The notes beneath the pieces were generated by a model that made no database searches, was not told where the DNA came from, and was given only the letters and a program-made list of their open reading frames with translations. A stretch of 64,000 nucleotides of DNA. Source: a virus. Location: positions 1 to 64,000 of IMG/VR virus record IMGVR_UViG_3300037483_000594; one strand, given 5' to 3'. Both the position numbers and the translations under genes were made by a program. Positions 18,263 to 28,614 of this stretch are shown piece by piece; positions within the stretch are counted from its first letter, which is position 1; every line of letters starts with the position of its first letter.

Positions 18263-19022
18263 AGGGGCGGTGCCAAGGGTGCGGGAAGGAGATCGAGCTT
18301 TCCGGAGACACCAGTGAGGTCTGTACCCTCTGTGAGATAGACAACGTGCGAGAGACCATCCGCCTTGCCGGGTGGGAGAGGCCACTTCCGGACGACGCGT
18401 GGTTCGCGGAGGCGAAGGCCTACCTGTCCGAGTTGCGGAGAAGGAGAGCTAATGAAAGAGAGCTTTGTGGTTAACCCCGACCGTGGGTTAGCCCTTCAGT
18501 TGGACGTCATCCCCACCCGGGATGCGGGGCGTCCCATCTTCATGTTCAACATCAAGATCGGGGACGAGACGGTCCTACGCCTCGACCTCGATGAGGCAGC
18601 ACAGCTCGGCCAGATGCTGGTCGACACGTGCGCCAAGCTGATCCCTGTCGAGCAGGGGGTGAAGGAGGCTTTGCGTGAAAGAGCTGCAACAGAAGCTGGA
18701 GCAAGAGGCTGCAGCGTTTCTAAGTGACCTCGATGCCTCGTTCCGTCTGGTCAAGTGCAGGTACGATGTGTTTCGAGAAGGGGTCGTCCTTCATCTCGCG
18801 GCACAGACCCTGGACGGCACCTGGACGGTGGCAAGGATCAAGGACAACGAGTACTACGCGAACAGCAGGCGGCACCTGGGTCGGCACACTCCCTACGGCC
18901 GTGGGAAGACCCCCGGCGAGGCGCTCCGTACCGCACGGGAGCACGTGGCCGAGATCTTTGTGTATGCGAAGGAGGCCCTGGAGACAGATGCCAAGGCGCT
19001 GGGGCTAGACCCAGGGGAGTGA
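18259..19022 (+). CDS. Three small coupled hypothetical genes (18259-18474, 18452-18727, 18675-19022)
   Basis: Overlapping ORFs with purine-rich RBSs; the first has CxxC pairs. Confidence 0.5.
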
Positions 19023-19302
19023 GGTGACCGGGCGTCCTGCCGCGGCAAGGAGAGTGTTCATGGACAGGCTCTATCCCAAAGGTGGCGGTCAGGCCTGCCG
19101 GGTTCACGAGGCACGTTGCCGACCTCGCTGGGGGAGCGTACCAGCGCTCGAAGCGAGGCGTGCCGATGGCGGTCTTGGGCCGGAGAGCGGTTTGCTACTT
19201 CGGCGCTAGCAACTACTGGGCGTTGTTTGAGAACGGGGGCAGGGTTGGAGAGGCCAGGAGCCCCGTGTCGGCGGAGGCGTGGCTGAAGCAAGGAGAAGAC
19301 GC

Positions 19303-19599
19303 GTGGCTGCAACTGCTAAAGTGATCGAGCTGAAGGGTGACCGCGGCAAGCCGGAGTCGGCGGAGCACATCATCGTTTTTCCCGGCGGGTCTATCAGCGT
19401 GGTCAGAACATCGAACAATGAGTACTGGGCTCACATCGAGGTGAACCACCCCGGGCAGGGGTCCCTGATCGACGAGGCTGTCCGGGAGTCGAAGTACGGG
19501 GTTGTCGTCGACGGTAGGGTCGACAGGCTGCGTGCGGTCGAGGACTTAGACACGACCGGCCTTCAACACATTGCTATCCGGATAAAAACGGAGGACTGA
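19303..19599 (+). CDS. Hypothetical protein
   Basis: AAGGAG RBS; FPGGSISVVRT...YWAHI. Confidence 0.65.
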   Translation: MAATAKVIELKGDRGKPESAEHIIVFPGGSISVVRTSNNEYWAHIEVNHPGQGSLIDEAVRESKYGVVVDGRVDRLRAVEDLDTTGLQHIAIRIKTED

Positions 19600-19973
19600 T
19601 GTACGTGTGGACGACATTGGACGTGGAAGACGATGAGCTGCATGGTCCTTTCGAGACCATGGCCACCCTCCGCGTCGACGTTCTGCGTAGCGGGGCGAGT
19701 ACCGTGCAAGTGGGGAAGTGGACCCCCATGGCAGCCCGGGACTACATCTCCAGTTTTGCGAACGCTGACTACATGCTCGAGATGCTCGAGGACGCTGCGG
19801 AGGAGGACACGCTCAACGAGGACTACCCGGTGTTCGACATGGACTCGGCCAACGTCAAAGAGGCGGAGAAGGAGCTCCGCACCTTCATGGAGCAGTGGCT
19901 GGAGAAGTGGGTCACTTCACGGCTCGTTGTTCTCACCGACATGCAGGTGATGACCTTCGTGAACCCCGCATGA
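19599..19973 (+). CDS. Acidic hypothetical protein
   Basis: GGAGG RBS; N-terminus similar to 20294-20497. Confidence 0.7.
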   Translation: MYVWTTLDVEDDELHGPFETMATLRVDVLRSGASTVQVGKWTPMAARDYISSFANADYMLEMLEDAAEEDTLNEDYPVFDMDSANVKEAEKELRTFMEQWLEKWVTSRLVVLTDMQVMTFVNPA

Positions 19974-20269
19974 TCCTTCCGGGGACACCAAAGCAGGTGA
20001 TCGAGCTTGGGTGCGCGTGGATCAGCCCGGAAGGGGACATCTACCCCTGCCGCGGGTTCGAGCACGTCAACCTCTCCGTCAAGCTCGAGAAGCAGGTCGG
20101 GTACCCCGCGCAAAGCTTCGAGGAGCGTGGGTGGGTCCGCCTTATCCACGGTGGGGTGTGGCCAATCGACCCGAACGCCGTCCCGCAGAGGGCTCTCGGC
20201 GCCGTGGTTGAGATCGTGAAGGCCGGGCCCCGCCCAGACCTGGAGGCTTGGTTAGCAAGGTTGACTTGA
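19970..20269 (+). CDS. Hypothetical protein (W-x-x-P-x-G...C...H domain)
   Basis: Domain shared with the C-terminus of 25884-26768. Confidence 0.65.
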   Translation: MILPGTPKQVIELGCAWISPEGDIYPCRGFEHVNLSVKLEKQVGYPAQSFEERGWVRLIHGGVWPIDPNAVPQRALGAVVEIVKAGPRPDLEAWLARLT

Positions 20270-20293
20270 GAACGTGGAAACAAAGGAGAGACC

Positions 20294-20497
20294 ATGTACG
20301 GATGGTTGAAGGACGGAAAGGTGCGAGCTCCCTTTGCCTCTATGGAGCAGTTGCGCGCTGATGCCTTGTCCTCCGGGCGCCGTAGCGCTGTGGTGGGCAC
20401 ACTCGTGTCTGTAGATCCAGGTACTTACGCGGAGGAGTGTGCGAACCGTGTGCTTGCGCACCTTGGCGAACTCGCTGAGAGGGACGGAGATGTTTGA
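20294..20497 (+). CDS. Small hypothetical protein
   Basis: AAGGAG RBS. Confidence 0.65.
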   Translation: MYGWLKDGKVRAPFASMEQLRADALSSGRRSAVVGTLVSVDPGTYAEECANRVLAHLGELAERDGDV

Positions 20498-20831
20498 CCT
20501 CAAGACCATCAAGCGAATGAACGCAGCAACTGGACTTTCCGCACAGAGAACCAAGCCCTTTCAGCTCACCAACAAAGAACAACTGGCCGCAATGCCCCCT
20601 TTCCCCTTCCCGAGCGTGGGAGACCGTTCCCACGACTACGACAAGCAGTACGAGCGGCTGGCTAGCCTCTTCTGCGATCTGGGGTGGGGTGGCGTTGGGC
20701 CAGCCCTCTCCGCAGCCGGGATCGTACGACGCCTTGGGGAGTTGTTCGACGAGCACGGGCCGTTGCTCTTGGCGGTGGAGGAGGAGGGGCAGTTCCAGTG
20801 CTACGTGGGGGCGTGGAAGGAGCAAGCATGA
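20490..20831 (+). CDS. Hypothetical protein
   Basis: LFCDLGWGG...PAL...EEGQFQCYVG. Confidence 0.65.
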   Translation: MFDLKTIKRMNAATGLSAQRTKPFQLTNKEQLAAMPPFPFPSVGDRSHDYDKQYERLASLFCDLGWGGVGPALSAAGIVRRLGELFDEHGPLLLAVEEEGQFQCYVGAWKEQA

Positions 20832-21349
20832 AGGCAGCGGAGTTCGGCGAAAAGTACGGCTCTTGTCTGGCAGCCATGACGTGGAGGAAGAGCCTTCCGC
20901 CCGAAGCCACACAGGCAGATGCCTACCTTGACTGTAAGGACGGGGCGTGGACGCTCTGGCAGCTACAGTGGGTCACAGAACCGACCCCGCTACGAGCACC
21001 TCTCGAGCGTGCAGCGGAAAAGATAGTCGGACGCGCGGTCGGAAGATGTGACCTGGAACATTGGGTTAGCAAATGGCTGTCCGGAGAAGACAGGTCTTTG
21101 AACACGGCCGCACAGATCGAGACAAACACCCGTCCCAGTGTCTTACGATACGCCGCTGCAGCAGCCGCGGATTACGTGCGCGCCCTGCAGGCCGCGAATA
21201 CACGTGCGGTGTTAGGCAACCTCTTGGACGCGGTGGACCATGCGCGGCGGGCTGCTTGGGAACGCGCTGGTACTTCTGGCGCTATCGTGGAGTGTGCGCT
21301 GCAGGCAGACGATATCCGGGAGTTCATCCCGGTTTGGCCAGGGGAGTAG
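20828..21349 (+). CDS. 'FGEKY-SC' paralogue 2
   Basis: MKAAEFGEKYGSCLAAMTWRKSLP...FIPVWPGE. Confidence 0.8.
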   Translation: MKAAEFGEKYGSCLAAMTWRKSLPPEATQADAYLDCKDGAWTLWQLQWVTEPTPLRAPLERAAEKIVGRAVGRCDLEHWVSKWLSGEDRSLNTAAQIETNTRPSVLRYAAAAAADYVRALQAANTRAVLGNLLDAVDHARRAAWERAGTSGAIVECALQADDIREFIPVWPGE

Positions 21350-21391
21350 CTGCAAACTCGGCGTGGAGCGCCCTCGCCTAAGGAGAATCTT

Positions 21392-21967
21392 GTGTCACAT
21401 AAAGCCATGAACGCAGTGAAGTTCGGGGCGAAGTACCAGTCGTGTAAGGCGGCGATGAAATGGAGGAAAAGCCTTCCTGTGGAGGCGACGCAGGCTGACG
21501 CCTACTTGGAGTGCCCCCGAGTAGACTGGGTCATTTGGCAGCTACTGTGCCTTCCAGACAAACGACTCTCCGCTCTGCGTCCAGCTTTGGAGCAGGCGGG
21601 GGCGAAGATGATCGCACGTGCCCTCCGCAGGGCACTCAAGAAGGAAAAAACGCCGGCCGTGTGGAGGAAGTGGGCGCGCGCGTGGCTTTCCGGAAAGGAC
21701 CGGAGCCAGCACGCTGTGGTAGAGGTGTTGTGGACAAACCTCCCAGGGCGTGCTGAAGGCGCCACGGAGGCAGCAGTAACTTACGCCCGGCTGCTGGAGA
21801 ACCAAACCTCGGCTATCCACGCGGTCCAGAACATATCCGAGCAAGTGCTATGGGGGGTTGTTTCTGGCATAACCGAAGCGCGGGTGTGGAACAGGGTGTG
21901 GGACGCAGAGAGCCGCCGGCAAACGAACGACATCCGTGCGTTTATCCCCAAGTGGCCAGGAGAGTGA
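21392..21967 (+). CDS. 'FGEKY-SC' paralogue 3
   Basis: MNAVKFGAKYQSCKAAMKWRKSLP...FIPKWPGE. Confidence 0.8.
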   Translation: MSHKAMNAVKFGAKYQSCKAAMKWRKSLPVEATQADAYLECPRVDWVIWQLLCLPDKRLSALRPALEQAGAKMIARALRRALKKEKTPAVWRKWARAWLSGKDRSQHAVVEVLWTNLPGRAEGATEAAVTYARLLENQTSAIHAVQNISEQVLWGVVSGITEARVWNRVWDAESRRQTNDIRAFIPKWPGE

Positions 21968-21968
21968 G

Positions 21969-22322
21969 ATGCGGCCAGCGAAGGCACCACTGAGGAGGGT
22001 TGTTGAGTTTTTGAGCGGGGACCCCAAGGCAGGAGATCGACCGATCAAGCTCAAGTGCGGGCACACTGTCTACGTCAGGAACGGGTACTACCCGGCGAGT
22101 ACAAAGTGCTACGTGTGCTTGCGCGAAGAGGTCAAAGCGTGGGAGGAAGCCCACACCTGCCCCCACGGGGTTGTGGATGACGAGCGGGAGTGCGTGGAGT
22201 GCCTCAAGGCGCAGTCTGCTTGCTACCGGTCAGCCCTTGAGGAGATCGCCAACGAGTCGGAGGGGTGGGAGAAAGACACCGCCACAACGGCGCTAGGGAG
22301 GTACAAATGCTCAGGAAAGTGA
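21969..22322 (+). CDS. CGH...CxxC zinc-finger protein
   Basis: LKCGH, CYVC, CPHG; paralogue of 30910-31278. Confidence 0.7.
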   Translation: MRPAKAPLRRVVEFLSGDPKAGDRPIKLKCGHTVYVRNGYYPASTKCYVCLREEVKAWEEAHTCPHGVVDDERECVECLKAQSACYRSALEEIANESEGWEKDTATTALGRYKCSGK

Positions 22323-22636
22323 TAGCCGGTGAGATCTTGGCAAACGGCGACGTGGAGATGCGGATGCGGTGTGGGCACACCTTCATCGCCAAGGACGAAG
22401 AGGACTTTGTCGTCGGAGCGGAGGTTGTGTGCCTGCAGTGCGACTACACCTACGCGGATCTGCTCAGCAGGTTGGCCGTCTTGCAAAGCCGTGTTGAGGG
22501 AGACCCCTCCAGCGAACGCACAGTTGATCAGGCGATAGACACCCTGAGGCGGTTTCGGGCAGCTCTTGTCACCGTAGCCAAAGAACCTGGGTCCAAGGCT
22601 CGCGACGTTGCTAGACAGATTCTGGAGGAGCTGTGA
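22307..22636 (+). CDS. CGH...CxxC zinc-finger protein
   Basis: GGAGG RBS; MRCGH...CLQC. Confidence 0.7.
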   Translation: MLRKVIAGEILANGDVEMRMRCGHTFIAKDEEDFVVGAEVVCLQCDYTYADLLSRLAVLQSRVEGDPSSERTVDQAIDTLRRFRAALVTVAKEPGSKARDVARQILEEL

Positions 22637-23415
22637 GACAACGAGTGGTAGCTGTCCGAGAAGTAGCGGGCGAAGCCGAATATCAGCTCGAGTGCGGGCA
22701 CACGCAAACCTGTGCACTCTCCGGGAGCAGGCGTGTGGGTGTCGCTGTCGAGTGCCCGCGGTGTGACAGGGGGTACGGAGAGCTCTGCCAGGAGCTTGAC
22801 GAGATTCAGGAGCGCATCCAGGACGTTCGGCTGCGCTACATCACGGGGGTCCTCGCGCGCGCCAGGACATGCCTCAGCAGCTACCAACAAGCGCTCGCGG
22901 AGATAGCGCAGGGCGCGCCCAACCCCGAGCGACTCGCAAAGGTGGCACTTGCTGAGCCCCTAGCCGACGACGAAGAGGCGTGGTACCCGTTTACGCTGAG
23001 TGGAGGGGTAACCGCTGCGTTAGGAGCGCCACTGTCCTGGGGAGCCCCCCGTCAGGTGCTCTTGCCCTTTGCCGGCGTCGATCCGTTCGGAGGAGAGGTC
23101 AGCAGCGGGGCTATCGCCGCTGTGTTTGGGGTCATGGCGGCCTGCCCACAGCACCAGTTCCAGGTCATAACGCAGCACCCCGAGAAGGTGGCAGACTGGC
23201 TCGTGTGGCTGGACTGGGCTGTTGCCAAAAGGCGGAAAGACGAGGGCACGACGCTGACCCCGCTCGAGCACTGTTTGCAAACAGCGCTTGCGTGGGAGGC
23301 CAGGGTAGGCGACCCCCAGGCGTTGTGGCCTCTCACCAACGTTTGGATAGGAGAGACAACGCAGGAGCTGCGGCCGCTGTCCGCGTTTGCTGGTGAGAAA
23401 GGAAAAACAAGATGA
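22633..23415 (+). CDS. CGH zinc finger fused to a partial phage Gp37/Gp68 (DUF5131)-like domain
   Basis: LECGH...CPRC; IAAVFGVMAACPQHQFQVIT...WPLTNVWIG. Confidence 0.7.
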   Translation: MRQRVVAVREVAGEAEYQLECGHTQTCALSGSRRVGVAVECPRCDRGYGELCQELDEIQERIQDVRLRYITGVLARARTCLSSYQQALAEIAQGAPNPERLAKVALAEPLADDEEAWYPFTLSGGVTAALGAPLSWGAPRQVLLPFAGVDPFGGEVSSGAIAAVFGVMAACPQHQFQVITQHPEKVADWLVWLDWAVAKRRKDEGTTLTPLEHCLQTALAWEARVGDPQALWPLTNVWIGETTQELRPLSAFAGEKGKTR

Positions 23416-23549
23416 AGTTGTGGCAGTTCGGTTTGTTGGTCATCGTTCTATTCGTCGTGTCCGGGCTCTACACCCACTGCGAGTACAACTACTGTGTCGA
23501 GAGTGGCGGCTCTCCCGAGTTCTGTGCTTGGGTTGTCCTCTCAGACTAG
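23412..23549 (+). CDS. 45-aa membrane/secreted peptide (not in ORF track)
   Basis: ATGA overlap; hydrophobic N-terminus MKLWQFGLLVIVLFVVSG. Confidence 0.5.
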   Translation: MKLWQFGLLVIVLFVVSGLYTHCEYNYCVESGGSPEFCAWVVLSD

Positions 23550-23578
23550 GAGGTAAGGCACACGTTGCCTCAACCTGG

Positions 23579-24855
23579 ATGAAAAACCATTTCCGTGAAA
23601 TAGTGTCTGTCGACCTCGATGACCTAAGTACAGCCCGTTCGCAAATAGGCCGGTTGACCAAAGAGGTGCAAAAAGCGGAGAGGGCGGGGTGGATTCGCCT
23701 TCGATTTGAGGTTGACGCAGACGTAGACGTGCACTGCGGAAAGACTACGCTGACTTTGCGCCTCGTGGGGGTCGCCAAAGGAGAGTGATGGAAGAACATC
23801 TACAGAAACGTCGCGACGAGCTGAAGGGCTACGCCACTGACCTAGAGTCCGGTGCGTCTAAAAAGTGGACTCCCGAGCAGCGAAGCCGCGTCAGGAACTT
23901 CATGATGTTGGCCACAAACCAGCTCGTAGGGGGTGCCATAACCGAGCTCGCAAAGGAGGACGCCGCTACGGACGAACTGGAGGTTCTGGGCCTTGTGTAC
24001 CAACTCCGGGACTGGAAGCGCGGGGCAACCATTGCCGCCAGGTACTGGGGGAGCCTCCGGTTTGCCCCCCTTTATGAGCAGAACTCCCCCGTGTTCAAGG
24101 CAGGAGCGGACGTCGTGGTCTCCGCACTGGAAAGGGTTGGCAAGGGGCCTATTGACTACGACACCGTGGTGACAAAGGCCAAGGAGCTCGAGGAGCGGCT
24201 CTCCGCCTTCCTGCGTGCCATCGGAGACGTAGTGGGGGCAGACAGGTGAGACTCTCCGACAAACAGCGCGAGCTGCTAGGCAGTATGGCCAAGAACACCT
24301 GGTCCTGGGACGCTTCCCCAGGCACACAGAGCGGGCGGCTTCGCACCCTGTACTCGCTGTCGAAAAGGGGCTTGGTGCGCTACGTGAAGAATGGCGAAAC
24401 GATCGTGGCAGACGGGCAGGAATACTCCGTGAAAGTCCCCGGGTGGGTCGTCACCGAAGAAGGAAGGAAGGTTCTAGATGGTGTCTGAACACGGGCTGTT
24501 GTTTATTGAGCCACGTGGAGCCCCAAGTGCCGAGCCTGTGGTCGACGAGCTCACGCGGAAGATGGCCAAGGCCCTTAACCGTGGGAGGTGGGGGGTGGCC
24601 ATCTCCGGAAAGCTGCGTGCTGGGGCGTACAGGGGGCATCACACCTGCAGTTGCGGGGCGCAGAGCACCAACCAGGACTGCGAGCTGACGAACCTCCTGG
24701 TCACCAACTTTCTTGCGGTGCACTACCTCGCCTACCACAGGGACGAGGTGCCCGAGGCCCAGCTCCAGAAGGTCGCGGAGCTCCTCGACGGAGAGGCAGA
24801 GCCAACCTGGGCTCAACTACACGGGCGCACCTGGCACAACCACATGTCGAAGTGA
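23579..24855 (+). CDS. Four coupled hypothetical genes (23579-23788, 23785-24249, 24246-24488, 24478-24855)
   Basis: Overlapping start/stop codons; the last has YRGHHTCSCG...LAVHYLAYH. Confidence 0.6.
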
Positions 24856-24865
24856 AGGAGCGGGC

Positions 24866-25873
24866 ATGGACTTTCAAAAGTATGAGTCGAGGCGTCTTCA
24901 AGACTCGACTGAAAAGCTGGTTGTCATGTGTACACAGGTTATTGACGACTTCCAGCGCCAGGGCCTTCGGCTGACACTTCGGCAGCTTTACTACCAGTTG
25001 GTGACTGTCAACGCCATTCCGAACACCCTAAAAAGCTACAAGCGTCTCGGATCGATAGTGTCAGACGCGCGTATGACAGGAAGGCTTCCGTGGGACGCGC
25101 TGGAGGACAGGGTTCGACAGGTCAAGCGTCCGGCGGAGTGGGAGAACATTTCCGAGCTCATCGAGTCCGCTCTCTACAGCTTCAGACTCCCACGGCTACA
25201 AGGGCAGGAATCGTACCCCGAGCTGTGGTGTGAGAAAGACGCTCTGGCAGGGGTGCTGGCTCCGATAGCCAAGGAGTACCACGTGCCCCTCATGATCAAC
25301 CGTGGGTACTCCAGCTCCTCGGCCATGTGGGAGGCCGCAGGGCGAATCGATGAGCGCTGTCGTGACGAGGACGGCATCATCATCTCCGACCCTGTCATCC
25401 TCTACCTTGGTGACATGGACCCCTCCGGCGAGGACATGGTTCGGGACGTCTCGGATCGACTCAATAAATTCTTGCGTGGGTTTGTGGACCCAGAAGAGGA
25501 GGTCGACGAGTTGGAGGACCTCGATGACTTTGACCGTTTGTCACCGTCGGGGTGGAGTACGGACGTTTACGGTTCTGTGGAAGTGAGTGTGGTCAAGGTC
25601 GCCTTGACGCAGACGCAAATCAAGAAGTTCAACCCTCCTCCGAATCCGGCAAAGGTCAGTGACTCGCGCGCGGCCACTTACATTGAAAAACACGGTGAAT
25701 CCTCGTGGGAAGTGGACGCCCTCCCGCCTTCTGCGCTGCAGGCCATTGTCCGGACGGCACTGGAGAACGTGTTAGACACGACGATGATGCAGGACGTGCT
25801 GGCCAAGGAGGAGATCGAGAAGGATAGGCTCAGGAAAGCCATCAACGTCGGCTGGTCAACACCACAGGAGTAG
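24866..25873 (+). CDS. Topoisomerase VI subunit A-like (wHTH + TOPRIM) protein
   Basis: AAGGAG RBS; TLRQLYYQL, ELWCEKDAL, RGYSS, YLGDMDPSG, WEVDAL. Confidence 0.8.
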   Translation: MDFQKYESRRLQDSTEKLVVMCTQVIDDFQRQGLRLTLRQLYYQLVTVNAIPNTLKSYKRLGSIVSDARMTGRLPWDALEDRVRQVKRPAEWENISELIESALYSFRLPRLQGQESYPELWCEKDALAGVLAPIAKEYHVPLMINRGYSSSSAMWEAAGRIDERCRDEDGIIISDPVILYLGDMDPSGEDMVRDVSDRLNKFLRGFVDPEEEVDELEDLDDFDRLSPSGWSTDVYGSVEVSVVKVALTQTQIKKFNPPPNPAKVSDSRAATYIEKHGESSWEVDALPPSALQAIVRTALENVLDTTMMQDVLAKEEIEKDRLRKAINVGWSTPQE

Positions 25874-25883
25874 AGAGGAACAC

Positions 25884-26768
25884 ATGAGCTTCGTCAAAGT
25901 GGACGATGAGCTTTGCCGTCTTTTACTGTCGATCTTGAGAGAAAACGACATCTACATTGACTGCGGAGCTGGGGAAGGAGTCCTTCAAACAAAGATGCCG
26001 GTCGGTAGGGTGATGTCTATTGACCTGTTCCCCCCACCCGACTCCCCACATGTTATCAAGTTCGACTCAACTCAGTTCGAGTTCTGCCGAGCGACAATCC
26101 CCCTGTTCCTCCGGCCGTGCCACTCGGACTTCGTGGCAACCACGATACGCCATGCTTTTGCTGCGAAGGCGCGGAGGGCCGTGTATGTCGGACTGGAGAA
26201 GAACATTGAACGTGACATCGGTGCAGAGTTCCGGTGGGTCAGCGTCGACCTTGTTGATGGGTGGACAGGGGCAGAGGGTGAGCGGGTGTGGCGCATCTTG
26301 CCGCATGCAGACAGCCCGTTACGAACGTTCTACAAGGTCAGAACACTCTTTTGGACGTCGTGGTGTGAAAAGGTCAGAAGGTGCGGAGAGGACCACTACG
26401 TTGGCTTCTCTGGCGGCGGGTCCCCGCTGCCAGACGGTGCGGAGATAGTCGAGACCGTAGAGGCACACGACTTCGACGAGCTGGACTGGCACGGGACCTT
26501 CTTGGACGAACCCGACTCTTCTGCCGGCTGGGTAGACCCGGACGGAACGTGGTACGGCTGCGACCGAGAGCACCACGACCTGTACGTGCAGTTCATGCTG
26601 AAGATGACTGTCGGTGATGTGGAGGAGCGCGGGTGGTGCCGTGTCCTGGGGCCCCCAGGCTCGGCTCTACAGCACGAGAGCGACTACCTCTGTGTGGCGA
26701 GACGCCTCACCGCAGAACAACGCAACACGCTTTCGCTACGCGGGTACGCCGTCAGCGGAGACGACTGA
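25884..26768 (+). CDS. SAM-methyltransferase-like domain fused to a W-x-x-P-x-G domain
   Basis: YIDCGAGEG motif I; C-terminal AGWVDPDGTWYGC...HH. Confidence 0.55.
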   Translation: MSFVKVDDELCRLLLSILRENDIYIDCGAGEGVLQTKMPVGRVMSIDLFPPPDSPHVIKFDSTQFEFCRATIPLFLRPCHSDFVATTIRHAFAAKARRAVYVGLEKNIERDIGAEFRWVSVDLVDGWTGAEGERVWRILPHADSPLRTFYKVRTLFWTSWCEKVRRCGEDHYVGFSGGGSPLPDGAEIVETVEAHDFDELDWHGTFLDEPDSSAGWVDPDGTWYGCDREHHDLYVQFMLKMTVGDVEERGWCRVLGPPGSALQHESDYLCVARRLTAEQRNTLSLRGYAVSGDD

Positions 26769-26992
26769 CCGCGCCAGCGCATGAGCGCCGGTGCCCCAAC
26801 GCAAGGAAGAAGTGTAGTGACAACGACTGAAAAACTAAAAATCGCGGTTCAAGCGCTTGAGGACATCCCTATCAGCAGATTCCGAAGGAACTTGTGCGTT
26901 GGCCAGGTGTTGGACGGCGTGATGGCAGTGCAGCTTGCCAACGACCCGGCGTTCCTCAAGGACATCGCGCGGGAGGCACTGGGGAAAATCAA

Positions 26993-27700
26993 ATGATTCT
27001 ACGTGTAACGAACAGGTGTTACAGCGGGTGCTCTCACTGCATGGTCGACGCCTCGGGTCCGGAAGGGGCCCACATGGTCATGGACGACGTGATGGCCGCC
27101 GCGAAGTTCATCTCCGACTCCAAGGCCCCCATGCTCCTGGTCTCGGGTGGAGAGCCTTTTGAGCACCCTCAGATCTTCGAGGCCGCAGCCTTCCTCAAGC
27201 ACGCTGCCCCGATGGTGGTCTACGCTTCCGGAGGCAACTTCGACAACGAGAAGCTAGAGACCATAAAGCGCCTGGGGCTGCAGGTGCAGGTCACCAGTGA
27301 TCCTCGGTACTATCCGCGTCCTCAGCCCCGTGAGCGCTTCTCGGGGTCGGTCTTCTACGAGGACACCATCCGCGCCATCTTCCCGTGTCGCAGAACCCGG
27401 GAAGCCGGCATACCCTCCACCCGCTACTCCCCTGGGTGCTTCAACCTCCGGAGCGCGACCAGGGTCCACGGGTTCACCGCTGGGATGTGGCTCTTGGCCA
27501 AGATGGGGAAGGTGTGTGCCCCCTCCATCAACGTGGACGGGACCATCCGGGCGGGAGAGGCCGACACTTGCCTGCAGGTCGGGACAGTGCGCTCCCCTGT
27601 CGCCGAAGTGGAAGCAGCTCTCAGGACCATGCGGTGCGGAAGGTGCGGCTTGGGGTGTCACCTCTCCGCAGAACAGCTCAACGCCATAGGTGGCGCATGA
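26993..27700 (+). CDS. Radical SAM protein
   Basis: TNRCYSGCSHC (CxxxCxxC), SGGEP, Cys-rich SPASM-like C-terminus. Confidence 0.9.
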   Translation: MILRVTNRCYSGCSHCMVDASGPEGAHMVMDDVMAAAKFISDSKAPMLLVSGGEPFEHPQIFEAAAFLKHAAPMVVYASGGNFDNEKLETIKRLGLQVQVTSDPRYYPRPQPRERFSGSVFYEDTIRAIFPCRRTREAGIPSTRYSPGCFNLRSATRVHGFTAGMWLLAKMGKVCAPSINVDGTIRAGEADTCLQVGTVRSPVAEVEAALRTMRCGRCGLGCHLSAEQLNAIGGA

Positions 27701-28068
27701 AGGGAAAGATACACATCCGCGTCGAGTTCGACGACATGTGGATAAGGGGTGCGCTCTACGGGGGCAGAGGGGGAGCCTGGGGCACGTTTCGGAACAACAT
27801 CCACCGAGAGCTGCGGAGAAGGGGTGCAGAGCTGGGCTCCCCTTACAGGCTTTGCTTCCGCGTCTCCGCCACCTACCTACGCCCCCGTATCTTCCGGGTC
27901 ATGACGTGGGGTGACTACGGCAAGAAAACGGCTGACGTCACCCCTGTCATCACCAAGGTCAAGAGCATCGTTGCCCACGAACTCGCGTGTCTTCAGAGGG
28001 GGTACCTGCCCCACCCAGCGGACGGAGAGGACGCCAAGGCCGCTGATGTTCTAAGGAGAGGCAGATGA
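27697..28068 (+). CDS. Hypothetical protein, paralogue of the next gene
   Basis: WxRGxLYGxRGGxW...RNxIxRE. Confidence 0.7.
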   Translation: MKGKIHIRVEFDDMWIRGALYGGRGGAWGTFRNNIHRELRRRGAELGSPYRLCFRVSATYLRPRIFRVMTWGDYGKKTADVTPVITKVKSIVAHELACLQRGYLPHPADGEDAKAADVLRRGR

Positions 28069-28133
28069 AAGAAGAAGAGCTGCGAAAGCAGGTACCGGTG
28101 CTGGAGTTCGCCCGACAGGACTAGGGAGACATT

Positions 28134-28595
28134 ATGCGATTGTTCGTCAGTGTCAGTCTGAACAAAGAGTGGTTCCGTGGGTTCCTGTACGGAGTACGCG
28201 GAGGGACCTGGAGCAAGCTCCGGAACGACATAGTCCGTGAAGTGCAAAAAGCGTGTGGGCAGGTTGGGTCAAGTTGGGAACTCCGCTTTGTGTTTACAAC
28301 ATCAACGTGGCCCACCAACGGGTTTTTGGTACACACATACGGTGAGTACAGAGCCCAGGTTCCCCGTGCGGCAAAGGCGCGCGAGGTCACTGCCGCAGCA
28401 AAGAAAACGATCCAGCGTATGCTGACTGACCTAAGAGGCGGCTTTTACGTGACCACCTACTGCAACTTTGCCCACGACGTAAAGACCGGGAAGCCGATCG
28501 ATCACGAGTGCATCAAAATCCCTCCGGCAGCACTGCGGGCGGAGATGGACGGAGACTACGAGGAGGCTGTCCGCCTCTTGAAGCAAAGCCGGTAG
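28134..28595 (+). CDS. Hypothetical protein, paralogue of the previous gene
   Basis: Same motif plus a C-terminal CNFAH...HEC segment. Confidence 0.7.
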   Translation: MRLFVSVSLNKEWFRGFLYGVRGGTWSKLRNDIVREVQKACGQVGSSWELRFVFTTSTWPTNGFLVHTYGEYRAQVPRAAKAREVTAAAKKTIQRMLTDLRGGFYVTTYCNFAHDVKTGKPIDHECIKIPPAALRAEMDGDYEEAVRLLKQSR

Positions 28596-28614
28596 ATCGG
28601 TTTGAGGAGAGACA

